Shown piece after piece: positions 10,181 through 19,335 of a stretch of DNA of 42,605 nucleotides; positions within the stretch are counted from its first letter, which is position 1, and each line of letters starts with the position of its first letter. Origin of the DNA: Candidatus Thorarchaeota archaeon (GTDB lineage Archaea; Asgardarchaeota; Thorarchaeia; Thorarchaeales; Thorarchaeaceae); contig RDNZ01000025.1 in assembly GCA_011364905.1 (NCBI GenBank), positions 1 to 42,605 on the forward strand. Direction: 5' to 3'. Both the position numbers and the translations under genes were made by a program. Below the pieces are notes generated by a model. The model was not told the origin of the DNA. It saw only the letters and a program-made list of their open reading frames with translations, and did no database searches.

Positions 10181-10696
10181 CTACAGCCATGCAGCCACAT
10201 GAAAGAACGCGAGGAGAGGAGCCAACATCAAAGCTCTGACCATTAGAGACCTTCCTCTACCAGTTAATTCGTTTGCAGTGGGTGTGAAGTATAGAATCGA
10301 TCCTACGAGCAGGCAAATCGCTGCTACTGCGTCACCGAACCAGACTAGTAAAGTTACGAACTCTGCATCGGTCATTCCAAGCAGGTGTAACCAAGCGCTC
10401 GTAGCGCTTTCAAGCGTAATAGGCTCGACTCCGCTGATATAGCCAAACAAATTGGTGATAATCGGGCCTCCAAAAAAGAGAGCAACGCCCAATATTACCA
10501 AGGACTTTGCCAGACCATCGCTAAGCCCAGTAGCATAGACCATCATACCAATCAGGATGAAGATGAAATATCCACGGATTGCCAATGCAAAGAGAACATT
10601 GAGTATCTCTCCCAGTGTATTCAGCCAATCCAGAGGTATCTGAAAATCAAACGGTGATTGAAGCAGAAAGAGCACTTGACTTGGCAATCGACTCAT
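10181..10696 (-). CDS. Four-TM membrane protein with an internal duplication (tandem VirB2/T4SS-pilin-like hairpins?)
   Basis: Two similar hydrophobic hairpins: [23 protein letters not shown] and [26 protein letters not shown]. Confidence 0.6.
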   Translation of the reverse strand: MSRLPSQVLFLLQSPFDFQIPLDWLNTLGEILNVLFALAIRGYFIFILIGMMVYATGLSDGLAKSLVILGVALFFGGPIITNLFGYISGVEPITLESATSAWLHLLGMTDAEFVTLLVWFGDAVAAICLLVGSILYFTPTANELTGRGRSLMVRALMLAPLLAFFHVAAWL

Positions 10697-10731
10697 AGAA
10701 GAGTGTGCGCATCACTGAATATAACGACCAC

Positions 10732-11283
10732 TCAAACAAGTTCTCGTTTCAAAGTTTGAAAGTCTTCTCTCATTACAGTGTTAACCTTTGGAAATCTTAG
10801 AGCTGCGGCTGGATGGTAGGTCATGAAGTAAGTTTGGCCTCCGCTTTCATAGAACCGCCCATGTGCTTCAGAAACTTTCCAAGGGCCAACAAGAGAAGAT
10901 ATGGCAACGCCACCTAGTAGGACAATGATTTGGGGTTTTATTATCTCGATCTGCCTCTCAAGATATGGTAGACAGGCCTTAATCTCATGCTGTGTGGGAG
11001 ATTGATTATTTGGGGGTCTTGATTTTAGAATTGAGGTGATGAAGACCTTCTTTCTTGAGAGTCCAATTTCTTCTAGCATAGACATGAGAAGTTCTCCAGA
11101 TCTCCCAACAAATGGACGACCGGACTCATCCTCTTTTGCTCCGGGAGCCTCGCCGATGAACATCACACGTGATGAAACAGATCCTTCACCAGGAACAGCA
11201 TTCTTGCGTGTTTCATATAGATGACAGAGTCTGCAGTTCCGTATCACTTTGTGAAGCTCTGCAAGCTGTTCTTCGCGTGTCAT
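10732..11283 (-). CDS. udg: Uracil-DNA glycosylase family 4
   Basis: CRLCHL, VPGEG, IGEAPG..ED..GRPFVG, TYHPAA; one usual cluster Cys appears replaced (LKSRPP in place of KCRPP). Confidence 0.93.
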   Translation of the reverse strand: MTREEQLAELHKVIRNCRLCHLYETRKNAVPGEGSVSSRVMFIGEAPGAKEDESGRPFVGRSGELLMSMLEEIGLSRKKVFITSILKSRPPNNQSPTQHEIKACLPYLERQIEIIKPQIIVLLGGVAISSLVGPWKVSEAHGRFYESGGQTYFMTYHPAAALRFPKVNTVMREDFQTLKRELV

Positions 11284-11347
11284 TTCTAATCACTAAATCT
11301 CATTCTTAGCGATAAAGACCACGCATCCTGGGTTTTCAGCCCATATA

Positions 11348-13171
11348 CTATTGTGCGGATTCGTGATGTAAGAGACCTGATTCTGAGAGTTCTTGCAGCA
11401 ATGATTGAAACTCACCATCTATCTTTCGCTCAATTGTGTCCATTGTTTCATTGTAGGAATCCCACGGAGATATCTTCATTCTCGCAATGTTGTCAAGAAC
11501 ACTGAGTTCCAGGATTCTACGGACTTGGACACCCAACTGGACAGCCTCGGTCATCTTCTTGGAGAATTTTATGATTATCCTCAACATACGATAGGTCTTG
11601 CCTATAGGAGAGTATGTGTCAATCTCGTGGAGCGCACTCTGAGTCAGAAAATCCTCCTTTATCATTCGTGCTGCCTCCAGAATCGCTCGTTCAGACTCGG
11701 GAAGCGCATCAGGTCCTACTAGCTGGACAATCTCTCGCAGTTCCTGATCCTTTTGCAGAAGGGCCAAGGCCTCCTTGACCAAATCTGGCCAGTCTTTACC
11801 CATATTGTCCTCTTGCCATTTCTGAAGCGTCCCAAAATACAATGAATAGCTTGTGAGGGTGTTAATTGCTGGGAAGAATCTTCGGGCAGCAAGGTCTTTG
11901 TCGAGAGCCCAGAAGACCTTCACGATTCTGAGGGTTGCTTGGGTGACTGGTTCCGAGAAGTCACCACCAGGTGGTGAAACCGCACCACACACAGTAACTG
12001 AGCCCATTCTATCACCTGAGCCTAGGGTCTTCACTCTTCCACCACGTTCATAGAACTGAGCTAGCCGCGAACCAAGATAAGCAGGATAACCCTCCTCTGA
12101 TGGGAGCTGGCCAAGACGACCTGAAATCTCACGAAGTGCCTCAGCCCAACGGGAGGTCGAGTCAGCCATCAGAGCTACGTCGAATCCCTGATCCCTGAAG
12201 TACTCAGCAATTGTGACCGCTACATAGATTGACGCCTCTCTTGCTGCTACGGGCATGTTGGAGGTGTTGGCAATTAAGACCGTTCGCTCCATGAGGGGGC
12301 GACCACTTTTCGGGTCCTTTAGATGTGGCCATTCTTCAAGAGCTTCAGTCATCTCATTTCCTCGTTCTCCACACCCAACATAGACAACCACTTGAGCATC
12401 AGCCCATTTGGCAAATTGGTGAAGAGTCACAGTTTTTCCAGTTCCGAAACCACCAGGGATAGCACCTGTTCCTCCTTTTGCCTGAGGCATGAAAGTATCG
12501 ATGACTCGCTGTCCTGTTATTAGTGGAGTATGCATTCCAACACGTTCTTTGAATGGGCGACCTACTCTTACAGGAGTTCTCTGCATCATCATGACCGAAT
12601 GGACATCACCCTGGGCATCCTTTACTTTACAGATCGTTTCATTGACTGTATATTCGCCTTTCTTGGCAATCTCAATTATTTCCCCTTTGACGCCGAGGGG
12701 GATGAGAATTTTGGATGTGATGATACCGGTTTCTGGAACATCACCTATGAAGTCTCCAGGTTCAACTGAGTCGCCAACTTTCAACGAGGGCGTGAATTGC
12801 CACTTCTTTTCCTTGTTGAGACCCTCAACACTGAGCCCTCTTGTAATGAAATCGCCGGACATCTCTCGAAGGTCGGGGAGAGGTCTCTGAATACCATCAT
12901 ATATTGACCCCAGAAGACCAGGACCTAGTTCTACTGAGAGCGAATCCCCAGTGGCGTGAACTGGTTCTCCAGGAGCAATGCCTGACGTTTCTTCGTAGAC
13001 TTGGGCTGTGAACTCCTCTTCTCCAACCTCAATCACTTCACCAATCAGCTGTTGGTTTCCTACTCTAACAACTTCATACATACGAACTGCAGGGATGCCT
13101 GAGCACTCGACAACAGGTCCCGCAATGTTTTCAATACGCCCGGTTTCTTCAGTCAAAGTTTGCATCTCCAT
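11348..13171 (-). CDS. atpA: A/V-type ATP synthase subunit A
   Basis: P-loop PGGFGTGKTV, GCGERGNEM, ANTSNMPVAAREAS, DSTSRWAEALRE, GYPAYL. Confidence 0.97.
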   Translation of the reverse strand: MEMQTLTEETGRIENIAGPVVECSGIPAVRMYEVVRVGNQQLIGEVIEVGEEEFTAQVYEETSGIAPGEPVHATGDSLSVELGPGLLGSIYDGIQRPLPDLREMSGDFITRGLSVEGLNKEKKWQFTPSLKVGDSVEPGDFIGDVPETGIITSKILIPLGVKGEIIEIAKKGEYTVNETICKVKDAQGDVHSVMMMQRTPVRVGRPFKERVGMHTPLITGQRVIDTFMPQAKGGTGAIPGGFGTGKTVTLHQFAKWADAQVVVYVGCGERGNEMTEALEEWPHLKDPKSGRPLMERTVLIANTSNMPVAAREASIYVAVTIAEYFRDQGFDVALMADSTSRWAEALREISGRLGQLPSEEGYPAYLGSRLAQFYERGGRVKTLGSGDRMGSVTVCGAVSPPGGDFSEPVTQATLRIVKVFWALDKDLAARRFFPAINTLTSYSLYFGTLQKWQEDNMGKDWPDLVKEALALLQKDQELREIVQLVGPDALPESERAILEAARMIKEDFLTQSALHEIDTYSPIGKTYRMLRIIIKFSKKMTEAVQLGVQVRRILELSVLDNIARMKISPWDSYNETMDTIERKIDGEFQSLLQELSESGLLHHESAQ

Positions 13172-13182
13172 TCTATTATGGG

Positions 13183-13506
13183 TTAGATGTTTATCTCGAT
13201 TCCAACAGCTCTGCGAATCAGCTCTTTTAGCACTGTTTCATAGGCGCCAGTGGTTCCATTTCTGTCAGGCACCAGCAATATAACTGGTACGGGTGACTGC
13301 GAGAGTTCAACAATCGTGTCTTCTACTTCTGCAGCCAAAGGTTCAGTGATTAGGATAAGACCCATGGTGGGATCCCTGAAGAATTGATAGAGTAGATCAC
13401 GAGTTTCCTCAGGGGTCTTGGGAATGGCACATTCGCTCACACCAACTAAACGAAACCCGGTGACTGTATCTCTATCACCAATCACTGCGATCTTATCACT
13501 TGACAT
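13183..13506 (-). CDS. atpF: A/V-type ATP synthase subunit F
   Basis: KIAVIGDRDTVTGFRLVGV...LIRRAVGIEI; start MSSDK at 13506. Confidence 0.94.
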   Translation of the reverse strand: MSSDKIAVIGDRDTVTGFRLVGVSECAIPKTPEETRDLLYQFFRDPTMGLILITEPLAAEVEDTIVELSQSPVPVILLVPDRNGTTGAYETVLKELIRRAVGIEINI

Positions 13507-13589
13507 GGGTATTACCACTGCAGTCGGACTTAGATTTTTGCTTAGCTGTCCACTAAAAAGCATTTGGAATTGTAGTAAGGCATGCGGCT

Positions 13590-14081
13590 CTATCTTGCAA
13601 ACTGCTTGAAGATGTCTTGTTCTTCAACAATAGTCCAGCAATACAGGCATTTCAACTGCATAGGATTCTTGGAAATGACCTCATACTTGCTACGGATTGG
13701 TTCGCGTTCTTTGTTGGTGACACATCGTTGGTTCGGACATGGGAAGATATCTGAAATCACATCAGGAAGTTCTACACGGATCTTCTTAATGATCTTGTAG
13801 TCCTCTACGTGGTTAATTGTAGCCTCCGGTGCAACTACTGCGATTCGAGCAACCTCCTGTTCCTTGAGGAAACGATGTTCAACCTTCACAATGTCTTTTT
13901 TCCCAATCTTTGAACTACTTATGTTCATGGCCAATGAAACGACATTGCCATCTTTACCGGTGATGCCCAGAATCTCAAGGACCTCCAGTGCCTTGCCAGC
14001 TCTGATATGATCAATAACTGTCCCATCATGTATCTTGACAATCCGGATTTTTTCATCACCGACTTTCTCTGCCATGTCCAA
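13590..14081 (-). CDS. pyrI: Aspartate carbamoyltransferase regulatory subunit
   Basis: GTVIDHI, KKDIVKVE, APEATIN, CPNQRC...CLYC zinc site. Confidence 0.95.
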   Translation of the reverse strand: MDMAEKVGDEKIRIVKIHDGTVIDHIRAGKALEVLEILGITGKDGNVVSLAMNISSSKIGKKDIVKVEHRFLKEQEVARIAVVAPEATINHVEDYKIIKKIRVELPDVISDIFPCPNQRCVTNKEREPIRSKYEVISKNPMQLKCLYCWTIVEEQDIFKQFAR

Positions 14082-14213
14082 TCACTCGCATGTTCGTTCT
14101 AGTAGACATCTTGTTTTAGAACTTGTCCCTCGAAGTGCAAGTCCCTTTGCCATCAAAGGCGAAGGTTGATATGGACAGCAGAAGGAGCACTCCCAGAAGA
14201 CGGTGATACGATC

Positions 14214-15557
14214 TTGGTTCTAGAAGGTCTTGGGAAATCGCTACACTCAGCTCTAAAGAAACTCTTCGGAGCAAGTGTCATAGATGAAGAACTAGTGAAA
14301 GAGCTAGTGAAAGATATCCAACGAGCATTGCTGGTCGCTGACGTTGATGTCAATCTTGTGATGGCAATAACGAAACGTGTTGAAGAGCAAGCTCTCGATG
14401 AGTCGCTACCAAGAGGCGTATCACGTCGTGAGCACATTGTCAGAGTGGTTTGGGACACTCTTGCATTCTTTCTTGGAGAGAAAGCTGTCCCTCTCACAAT
14501 CAACCCAGGAAAACCGAACCTCATCATGATGGTAGGCATTCAAGGCTCTGGAAAGACAACCACTATTGGAAAACTCGCGCGATACTATCAAAAAAGAGGT
14601 ATCAAGACAGGAGTGATATGTGCGGACAACTTTAGGCCTGGTGCCTATAGCCAACTAAAACAGCTAGCTGAGAGATCGAATGTTCCATTTTGGGGAGATG
14701 AGGGAGAGAAAGACGCCACTAAACTTGCAAAGAAAGGTTTCAAGGAGATGCAAAAGAGAGGGATAGAGCTCATCCTCTTGGACACATCAGGCAGACATAG
14801 AGAGGAAACCGGGCTCATCAAAGAGATGCGCGATATCTCAAAAAGCGTGAAACCTCAAGAGATTGTCCTGGTGATAGATGGTACCCTTGGCCAGCAAGCA
14901 GGAGTCCAGGCTGCTGCCTTTAAGAAAGCAACAGACATCGGGTCGATTATAGTCACCAAGCTTGATGGCGGCGCAAAGGGTGGTGGAGCACTATCAGCCG
15001 TGGCTGCAACTCAAGCGCCTATCAAGTTCATAGGAGTCGGAGAAGGGATGGATGCCATTGAGCCATTCAATCCAACCAAGTTTGCCGGGCGACTCCTCGG
15101 AATGTCAGATATACGAGGACTGATTGACAAGGTACGAGAGGCTCAGATTGAGGTAGAAGAAGATGCAGCAAGACGCATCATGAAAGGACAGTTCTCATTG
15201 AAAGACATGATGGCTCAGATGAAGCAGCTTAAGAAGATGGGACCTATAGGAAAGGTGATGGAGATGTTGGGACTCCAATACAAGCTTCCGGAGGGCATGG
15301 CTGAGATTCAGGAAGAGAATATGAAACGCTGGGAGGTCATCATGAATTCAATGACCAAGGAGGAGCTCGAGGAGCCCAAACTGATTAAGTCGTCACGAAT
15401 TAAGCGAATTGCAAAGGGTTCTGGAACAAGTCAAAAGGATGTTAGAGACCTTCTCAAGCAACATGACCAGATGAAGAAGATGATGAAGCAGATGGGCAAG
15501 CAACGGAGAGGGCGAAAAGGCGGGATTCCTGGTTTTCCAGGTCTGCAGGGAATGTGA
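14214..15557 (+). CDS. srp54: Signal recognition particle protein SRP54
   Basis: GIQGSGKTTT, DNFRPGA, DTSGR, TKLDG, Met-rich M domain with SRIKRIAKGSG; TTG start at 14214 after GGTGA. Confidence 0.97.
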   Translation: MVLEGLGKSLHSALKKLFGASVIDEELVKELVKDIQRALLVADVDVNLVMAITKRVEEQALDESLPRGVSRREHIVRVVWDTLAFFLGEKAVPLTINPGKPNLIMMVGIQGSGKTTTIGKLARYYQKRGIKTGVICADNFRPGAYSQLKQLAERSNVPFWGDEGEKDATKLAKKGFKEMQKRGIELILLDTSGRHREETGLIKEMRDISKSVKPQEIVLVIDGTLGQQAGVQAAAFKKATDIGSIIVTKLDGGAKGGGALSAVAATQAPIKFIGVGEGMDAIEPFNPTKFAGRLLGMSDIRGLIDKVREAQIEVEEDAARRIMKGQFSLKDMMAQMKQLKKMGPIGKVMEMLGLQYKLPEGMAEIQEENMKRWEVIMNSMTKEELEEPKLIKSSRIKRIAKGSGTSQKDVRDLLKQHDQMKKMMKQMGKQRRGRKGGIPGFPGLQGM

Positions 15558-15583
15558 TAACTTCTTGTTAGAAGGTGATGTCC

Positions 15584-16036
15584 GTGCGTCACTTTCTCGT
15601 GGTATTCAAAGACCTACCAATTGACCGGGGCTCTGTCAAATCTGGACACAACAGTCGTGAGGTGATTAGTGCGTGCAGATGTGTAAATGTGGGACTGTTC
15701 GTTTCTGGAGACCTTCGTAGAGATGTGACGGTGTCTTTCGGAATAGGTAATGAAGACGACCTGAAAGTAATATCATTTCCCGGTGTTTCTCTAAGAAGAG
15801 TGTCACCAGATGAGCGGTCGATATCGTTTTTCCTGTTAAAAGCGGTAGAAAAGGTCGAAACCATGACGCAGGGGGATCGTTTCGTAATGGATAACGGAAT
15901 TGAGTTAATCTGCTCGTCTCTTAGTGGATTGATTGAGTCATGGAAGTCTGACCTAATCCTAGTTCCACCATCCAACCCTGAGAGGTTCATTCTTGACACC
16001 AATCTAACGGCGGACAGGATGGAAAGCAATGCCTGA
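15584..16036 (+). CDS. trmY: TrmY-like tRNA (pseudouridine54-N1)-methyltransferase, C-terminally truncated or divergent
   Basis: ACRCVNVGLFVSGDLRRDV...LRRVSPDERSI matches the TrmY N-terminal half; lies directly after srp54; no SPOUT knot (LGDH..) visible. Confidence 0.7.
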   Translation: MRHFLVVFKDLPIDRGSVKSGHNSREVISACRCVNVGLFVSGDLRRDVTVSFGIGNEDDLKVISFPGVSLRRVSPDERSISFFLLKAVEKVETMTQGDRFVMDNGIELICSSLSGLIESWKSDLILVPPSNPERFILDTNLTADRMESNA

Positions 16037-16098
16037 AGAAAGCTTCATAATAACAGACTTTCTGTGTTTTAGTGAAACAAGAACTAGAGTGTGATTCT

Positions 16099-17277
16099 TT
16101 GCCTACCAATGTTACTCCCGAATTTGATAAGCAGAGGATAATTTACGAGGAAACTGAAGACCTAGCTCAGCGGATAGAGGAGCTAGAGAAACTCCTCTCT
16201 CTTGCACCCAGACACAAGGGTGCAGAGAGGATGGTGGGAGACTATAGGAAGAAATTAGCAACTCTCAAGGCACAATTAGAGAAGAAACGGGAACAAGAAA
16301 AAGCGCGTCGCGGCGGCGGCGGAGCGGAAGAAGGAGTCGTCCGAAAAGAGGGGGCTGGACAAATCTGCCTAATTGGAATCACAAACAGTGGCAAGTCCTC
16401 CGTCATTAATTCAGTTACGAATGCTCAATTGGATGTAGGCAGCTATCCATTCACAACACCAATCCCTACTCCTGCTATGTTGACCTTGGAAGACATCAAT
16501 ATTCAGCTAGTGGAAATTCCGGGTCTGTTCAAAGGGAGTCATGAAACAGGCATTGGACGCCAAGCCTTGGCTGTAGCCCGAAACACTGACTGTATTGCAC
16601 TAGTCATTGATCTCTCTCAGGATATTGATGCGCAGATGCAAACTATTCTTGGTGAGCTTGACGCGGCAAGGATTCGCCTCAACAAGGAAAAGTCAGCCGT
16701 CAGAGTTGAGAGAGTGGGACTTGGAGGACATATGATTTATGGCGCCCAAAACTTCGAAGGCGACATTGAAGAAGTCAAAGAATATCTCAAAGCACGTAGA
16801 ATCACGAACATCATAGTACGGTTTCAAAAGCCAGCAACATTCGAGCAGTTGGTGGATGCCATGGACTCAAGTGTTGCATATGTGCGAGCTATGATAGTAG
16901 CTACGAAAGGTGATGCGGAAGGATCACAGGGCAGGTTCAAGGAACTGGAGAAAAAATACAGCGATCGATTTGATATCATCCCAATCTCTGTTGAGAGGAA
17001 AGAGAACCTTGATGGCATGAGTTGGGCGTTCTATCATCATCTAGACATCTTGCGAGTCTACACAAAGATCCCGGGAAAAAAGAGGGAGAAAAAGCCAATT
17101 GTGCTCCCTGAAGGTTCAGTAGTGGAGGATGCAGCGCGGAAAGTCCACAAGGAGCTGTTTGTGGAGAGGTTCCGTTCTGCAGTAATACTTCGGGATAATG
17201 ACAAAATCAAGAGAAGAACTGTCGGTCTTAACTACCCACTGCAGGATGGAGATATACTACAGCTGGCCAGCAGGTAG
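16099..17277 (+). CDS. DRG/OBG-family GTP-binding protein with TGS domain
   Basis: MPTNVTPE start (TTG), PRHKGAE, GITNSGKSS, YPFTT, TKGD, RVYTK and C-terminal TGS (LQDGDI). Confidence 0.92.
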   Translation: MPTNVTPEFDKQRIIYEETEDLAQRIEELEKLLSLAPRHKGAERMVGDYRKKLATLKAQLEKKREQEKARRGGGGAEEGVVRKEGAGQICLIGITNSGKSSVINSVTNAQLDVGSYPFTTPIPTPAMLTLEDINIQLVEIPGLFKGSHETGIGRQALAVARNTDCIALVIDLSQDIDAQMQTILGELDAARIRLNKEKSAVRVERVGLGGHMIYGAQNFEGDIEEVKEYLKARRITNIIVRFQKPATFEQLVDAMDSSVAYVRAMIVATKGDAEGSQGRFKELEKKYSDRFDIIPISVERKENLDGMSWAFYHHLDILRVYTKIPGKKREKKPIVLPEGSVVEDAARKVHKELFVERFRSAVILRDNDKIKRRTVGLNYPLQDGDILQLASR

Positions 17278-17285
17278 GGATTAGA

Positions 17286-18023
17286 GTGGCAGAGTTTCCA
17301 AACCTAGTAGTTGTTCTTGTGGGTCCAGAGAATCCAGGAAATGTTGGATTTGTAGCCAGAGCAATGGCCAACTTCGGATTACATGAGCTAAGACTGGTTG
17401 GGGAAGACAATCGACAAGACCAGTTCGCTCAGATGTTCTCAGTGCATGCCCACAAAATAGTAGATGATGCTGGTGTCTATGAGGATCTCGGCTCCGCTCT
17501 TGTCGGTATTGACCTGGCGTGGGCTGCGACTGCTAGAGCGGGAAGAAATCATAGTGTCACTCGAGCCTTGGTTCCTCTATCTGAGCTACCAGATCCGAAC
17601 TCGCTTGACGGTCGAATCGCACTTGTCTTTGGAAGAGAGAGTACAGGGTTGTTCAATGAGGAGATAGCTCTATGTGATTTGGCGTTCACGATACCTGCAT
17701 CAAAGGAATATCCAAGCCTCAATCTCAGTCATGCCGTGTCCATCGTACTCTATCATCTGTTCTCAAAGTATGCTCCTGTGGAACCCAGACAGCCCTTTGA
17801 AACGAGAGCTGCAACATATCGTGAACGAGAACAGGTGTACAAGTTCTTTGATAATATCGTGGATCAGTTAAACCTGAAAGAGCATAGAGTACCAATTGCC
17901 AAGCAGGTCTTCAGAAATCTTCTGGGTCGAGCTTACATGACTGGAAGAGAGGTGGCTACGCTCACAGGTGTTATACGACGAATAAGTGAGCAAATCAACG
18001 ACAGCAAAAAGCTGGATGATTAG
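17286..18023 (+). CDS. trmJ: TrmJ-family SPOUT tRNA 2'-O-methyltransferase
   Basis: PENPGNVGFVARAMANFG, LVFGRESTGL, YPSLNLSHAV. Confidence 0.92.
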   Translation: MAEFPNLVVVLVGPENPGNVGFVARAMANFGLHELRLVGEDNRQDQFAQMFSVHAHKIVDDAGVYEDLGSALVGIDLAWAATARAGRNHSVTRALVPLSELPDPNSLDGRIALVFGRESTGLFNEEIALCDLAFTIPASKEYPSLNLSHAVSIVLYHLFSKYAPVEPRQPFETRAATYREREQVYKFFDNIVDQLNLKEHRVPIAKQVFRNLLGRAYMTGREVATLTGVIRRISEQINDSKKLDD

Positions 18024-18559
18024 TTTCCATACCCCATCTTTCGCTTCAAATCTGGGTCTATCTTATCAAAGACGATCTTACAGGGTGTCGGGAACTTTGG
18101 AGCTGCCTTCTTCAGTGCTATCATTGCTGGCTTTACATGTCGAGCGTTCACACGGATTGTGATCAGTGGCTGACCAGGCGTGATTCGTGCGGCAATTCCT
18201 ATCACTTTACCCCATGCCCTTCGCATACCATCCTGCACACGGTCAGCACCCGCCCCGGAGATCATCTTGTTCTCACGGAGATAGTGGTACGGTTTCACGC
18301 GGATTCTCAGGTGGTAGTTCAGTCTACCCACTTTCTTTGTCATATCCCTGTTAGAAGCAACACGTGCGGCCTCAAGGGCTTGGTGACGAATCTGGCATCT
18401 CTCTAGGCCAATCAGTGACAGTTCTACGTCAAAGTTTCCACTCGTATTGCCCATGTCAAAGCTCGTTATTCGGCTTGCGGGCTGTCGATGTATGTACCGC
18501 TTACGGACAAAAACTTGACGATCTGCTTCCCGGTAACAGTGGCCTGGACGCTTTCCCAT
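18020..18559 (-). CDS. rpl10e: 50S ribosomal protein uL16 (L10e)
   Basis: MGKRPGHCYR, ALEAARV, RENKMISGAGADRVQDGMRRAWGK. Confidence 0.97.
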   Translation of the reverse strand: MGKRPGHCYREADRQVFVRKRYIHRQPASRITSFDMGNTSGNFDVELSLIGLERCQIRHQALEAARVASNRDMTKKVGRLNYHLRIRVKPYHYLRENKMISGAGADRVQDGMRRAWGKVIGIAARITPGQPLITIRVNARHVKPAMIALKKAAPKFPTPCKIVFDKIDPDLKRKMGYGN

Positions 18560-18630
18560 TATTATTCACCTAGTATGTTTTTTAGCCTAGTAGCTGGCCA
18601 GAACTAGTCGAAACCGCGGGGATTCCAATA

Positions 18631-18646
18631 AAAGGATTATGGACTG
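18631..18646 (+). repeat. Repeat A, copy 1 (AAAGGATTATGGACTG), inside a 28-bp dif-like imperfect palindrome (18620-18647)
   Basis: The same 14-mer occurs at 18989 and 26801, all intergenic and co-oriented. Confidence 0.8.
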
Positions 18647-18647
18647 C

Positions 18648-18830
18648 TCATACCTTCTTTCGTCTTCGAAATTCAATTGCAGCAAAGACCAAAGCTACGA
18701 CTCCACCGGCTAAAAGGCCGTAATCTAGATAATCTAACCCTGTTGGCACACCAGTAGAGAAACCAGCAAGAACAATGAAGACTATACCTATAGCTGCCAA
18801 AACAGCCCAGTCGTTCCCCGTCTTCTGCAT
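18648..18830 (-). CDS. Small 2-TM membrane protein (about 60 aa)
   Basis: ATG at 18830 after GGTGG; two hydrophobic segments and a basic RRRKK tail; lies between repeat A copies 1 and 2. Confidence 0.6.
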   Translation of the reverse strand: MQKTGNDWAVLAAIGIVFIVLAGFSTGVPTGLDYLDYGLLAGGVVALVFAAIEFRRRKKV

Positions 18831-18939
18831 CGCGACCACCAACAAGAGTATGGCTGACGCCGAGATAAGTCCTTAGTTTTCTTGTTTGTTATGTCCTCAG
18901 TTTTTAGAGCGAGTTCAAAACTGTTCTAATCCTGCATGG

Positions 18940-18987
18940 ATGTGTGGGTTCTCGATTATTGGTATCTCAAACAACCGGAGCGCAGGT
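18940..18987 (+). repeat. Repeat B, copy 1 (48 bp), abutting repeat A copy 2
   Basis: 38/48 identical to 24357-24404 by manual alignment, including an exact GTATCTCAAACAACC. Confidence 0.8.
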
Positions 18988-18988
18988 C

Positions 18989-19004
18989 AAAGGATTATGG
19001 ACTG
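18989..19004 (+). repeat. Repeat A, copy 2 (AAAGGATTATGGACTG)
   Basis: 16/16 identical to 18631-18646. Confidence 0.8.
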
Positions 19005-19335
19005 TGCTCTGGAAACGAAGTCAAGAGTGATTTTCTGCGAGAATATAATGTCCTAATCTGTGGTTATTCTGGGAGAGAGTCACACTAGAGGGACCGGCAG
19101 ACTGAACTCTAGAAACACTGAAGATCATCTATATAGAGGAGAGAGATAGCACAAAAACTCGTATGTAAGACGCAATTCAAAAGATATTTTTCTTGATGTA
19201 AAATGATGATAGGCTTTCAAAAAAGGAATGAGTTTGATTTTTTCTTTATTCATGGAGAGGGATAATACTGTGTTTTCTTTCACTTTGTTGCAAAATAGGC
19301 TCTATTTATAGACTTCAATCATTAAGGGTAATAGT

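Noticed and set aside
10105-10200. N-terminal extensions given by the ORF track for atpB (also atpF, srp54, rpl35ae, acdA)
   Set aside because: Family similarity begins at downstream start codons, several with clear SD motifs; the extensions are non-homologous.
11348-13171. Intein in AtpA
   Set aside because: Length is normal (607 aa) and the GCGERGNE region is uninterrupted.
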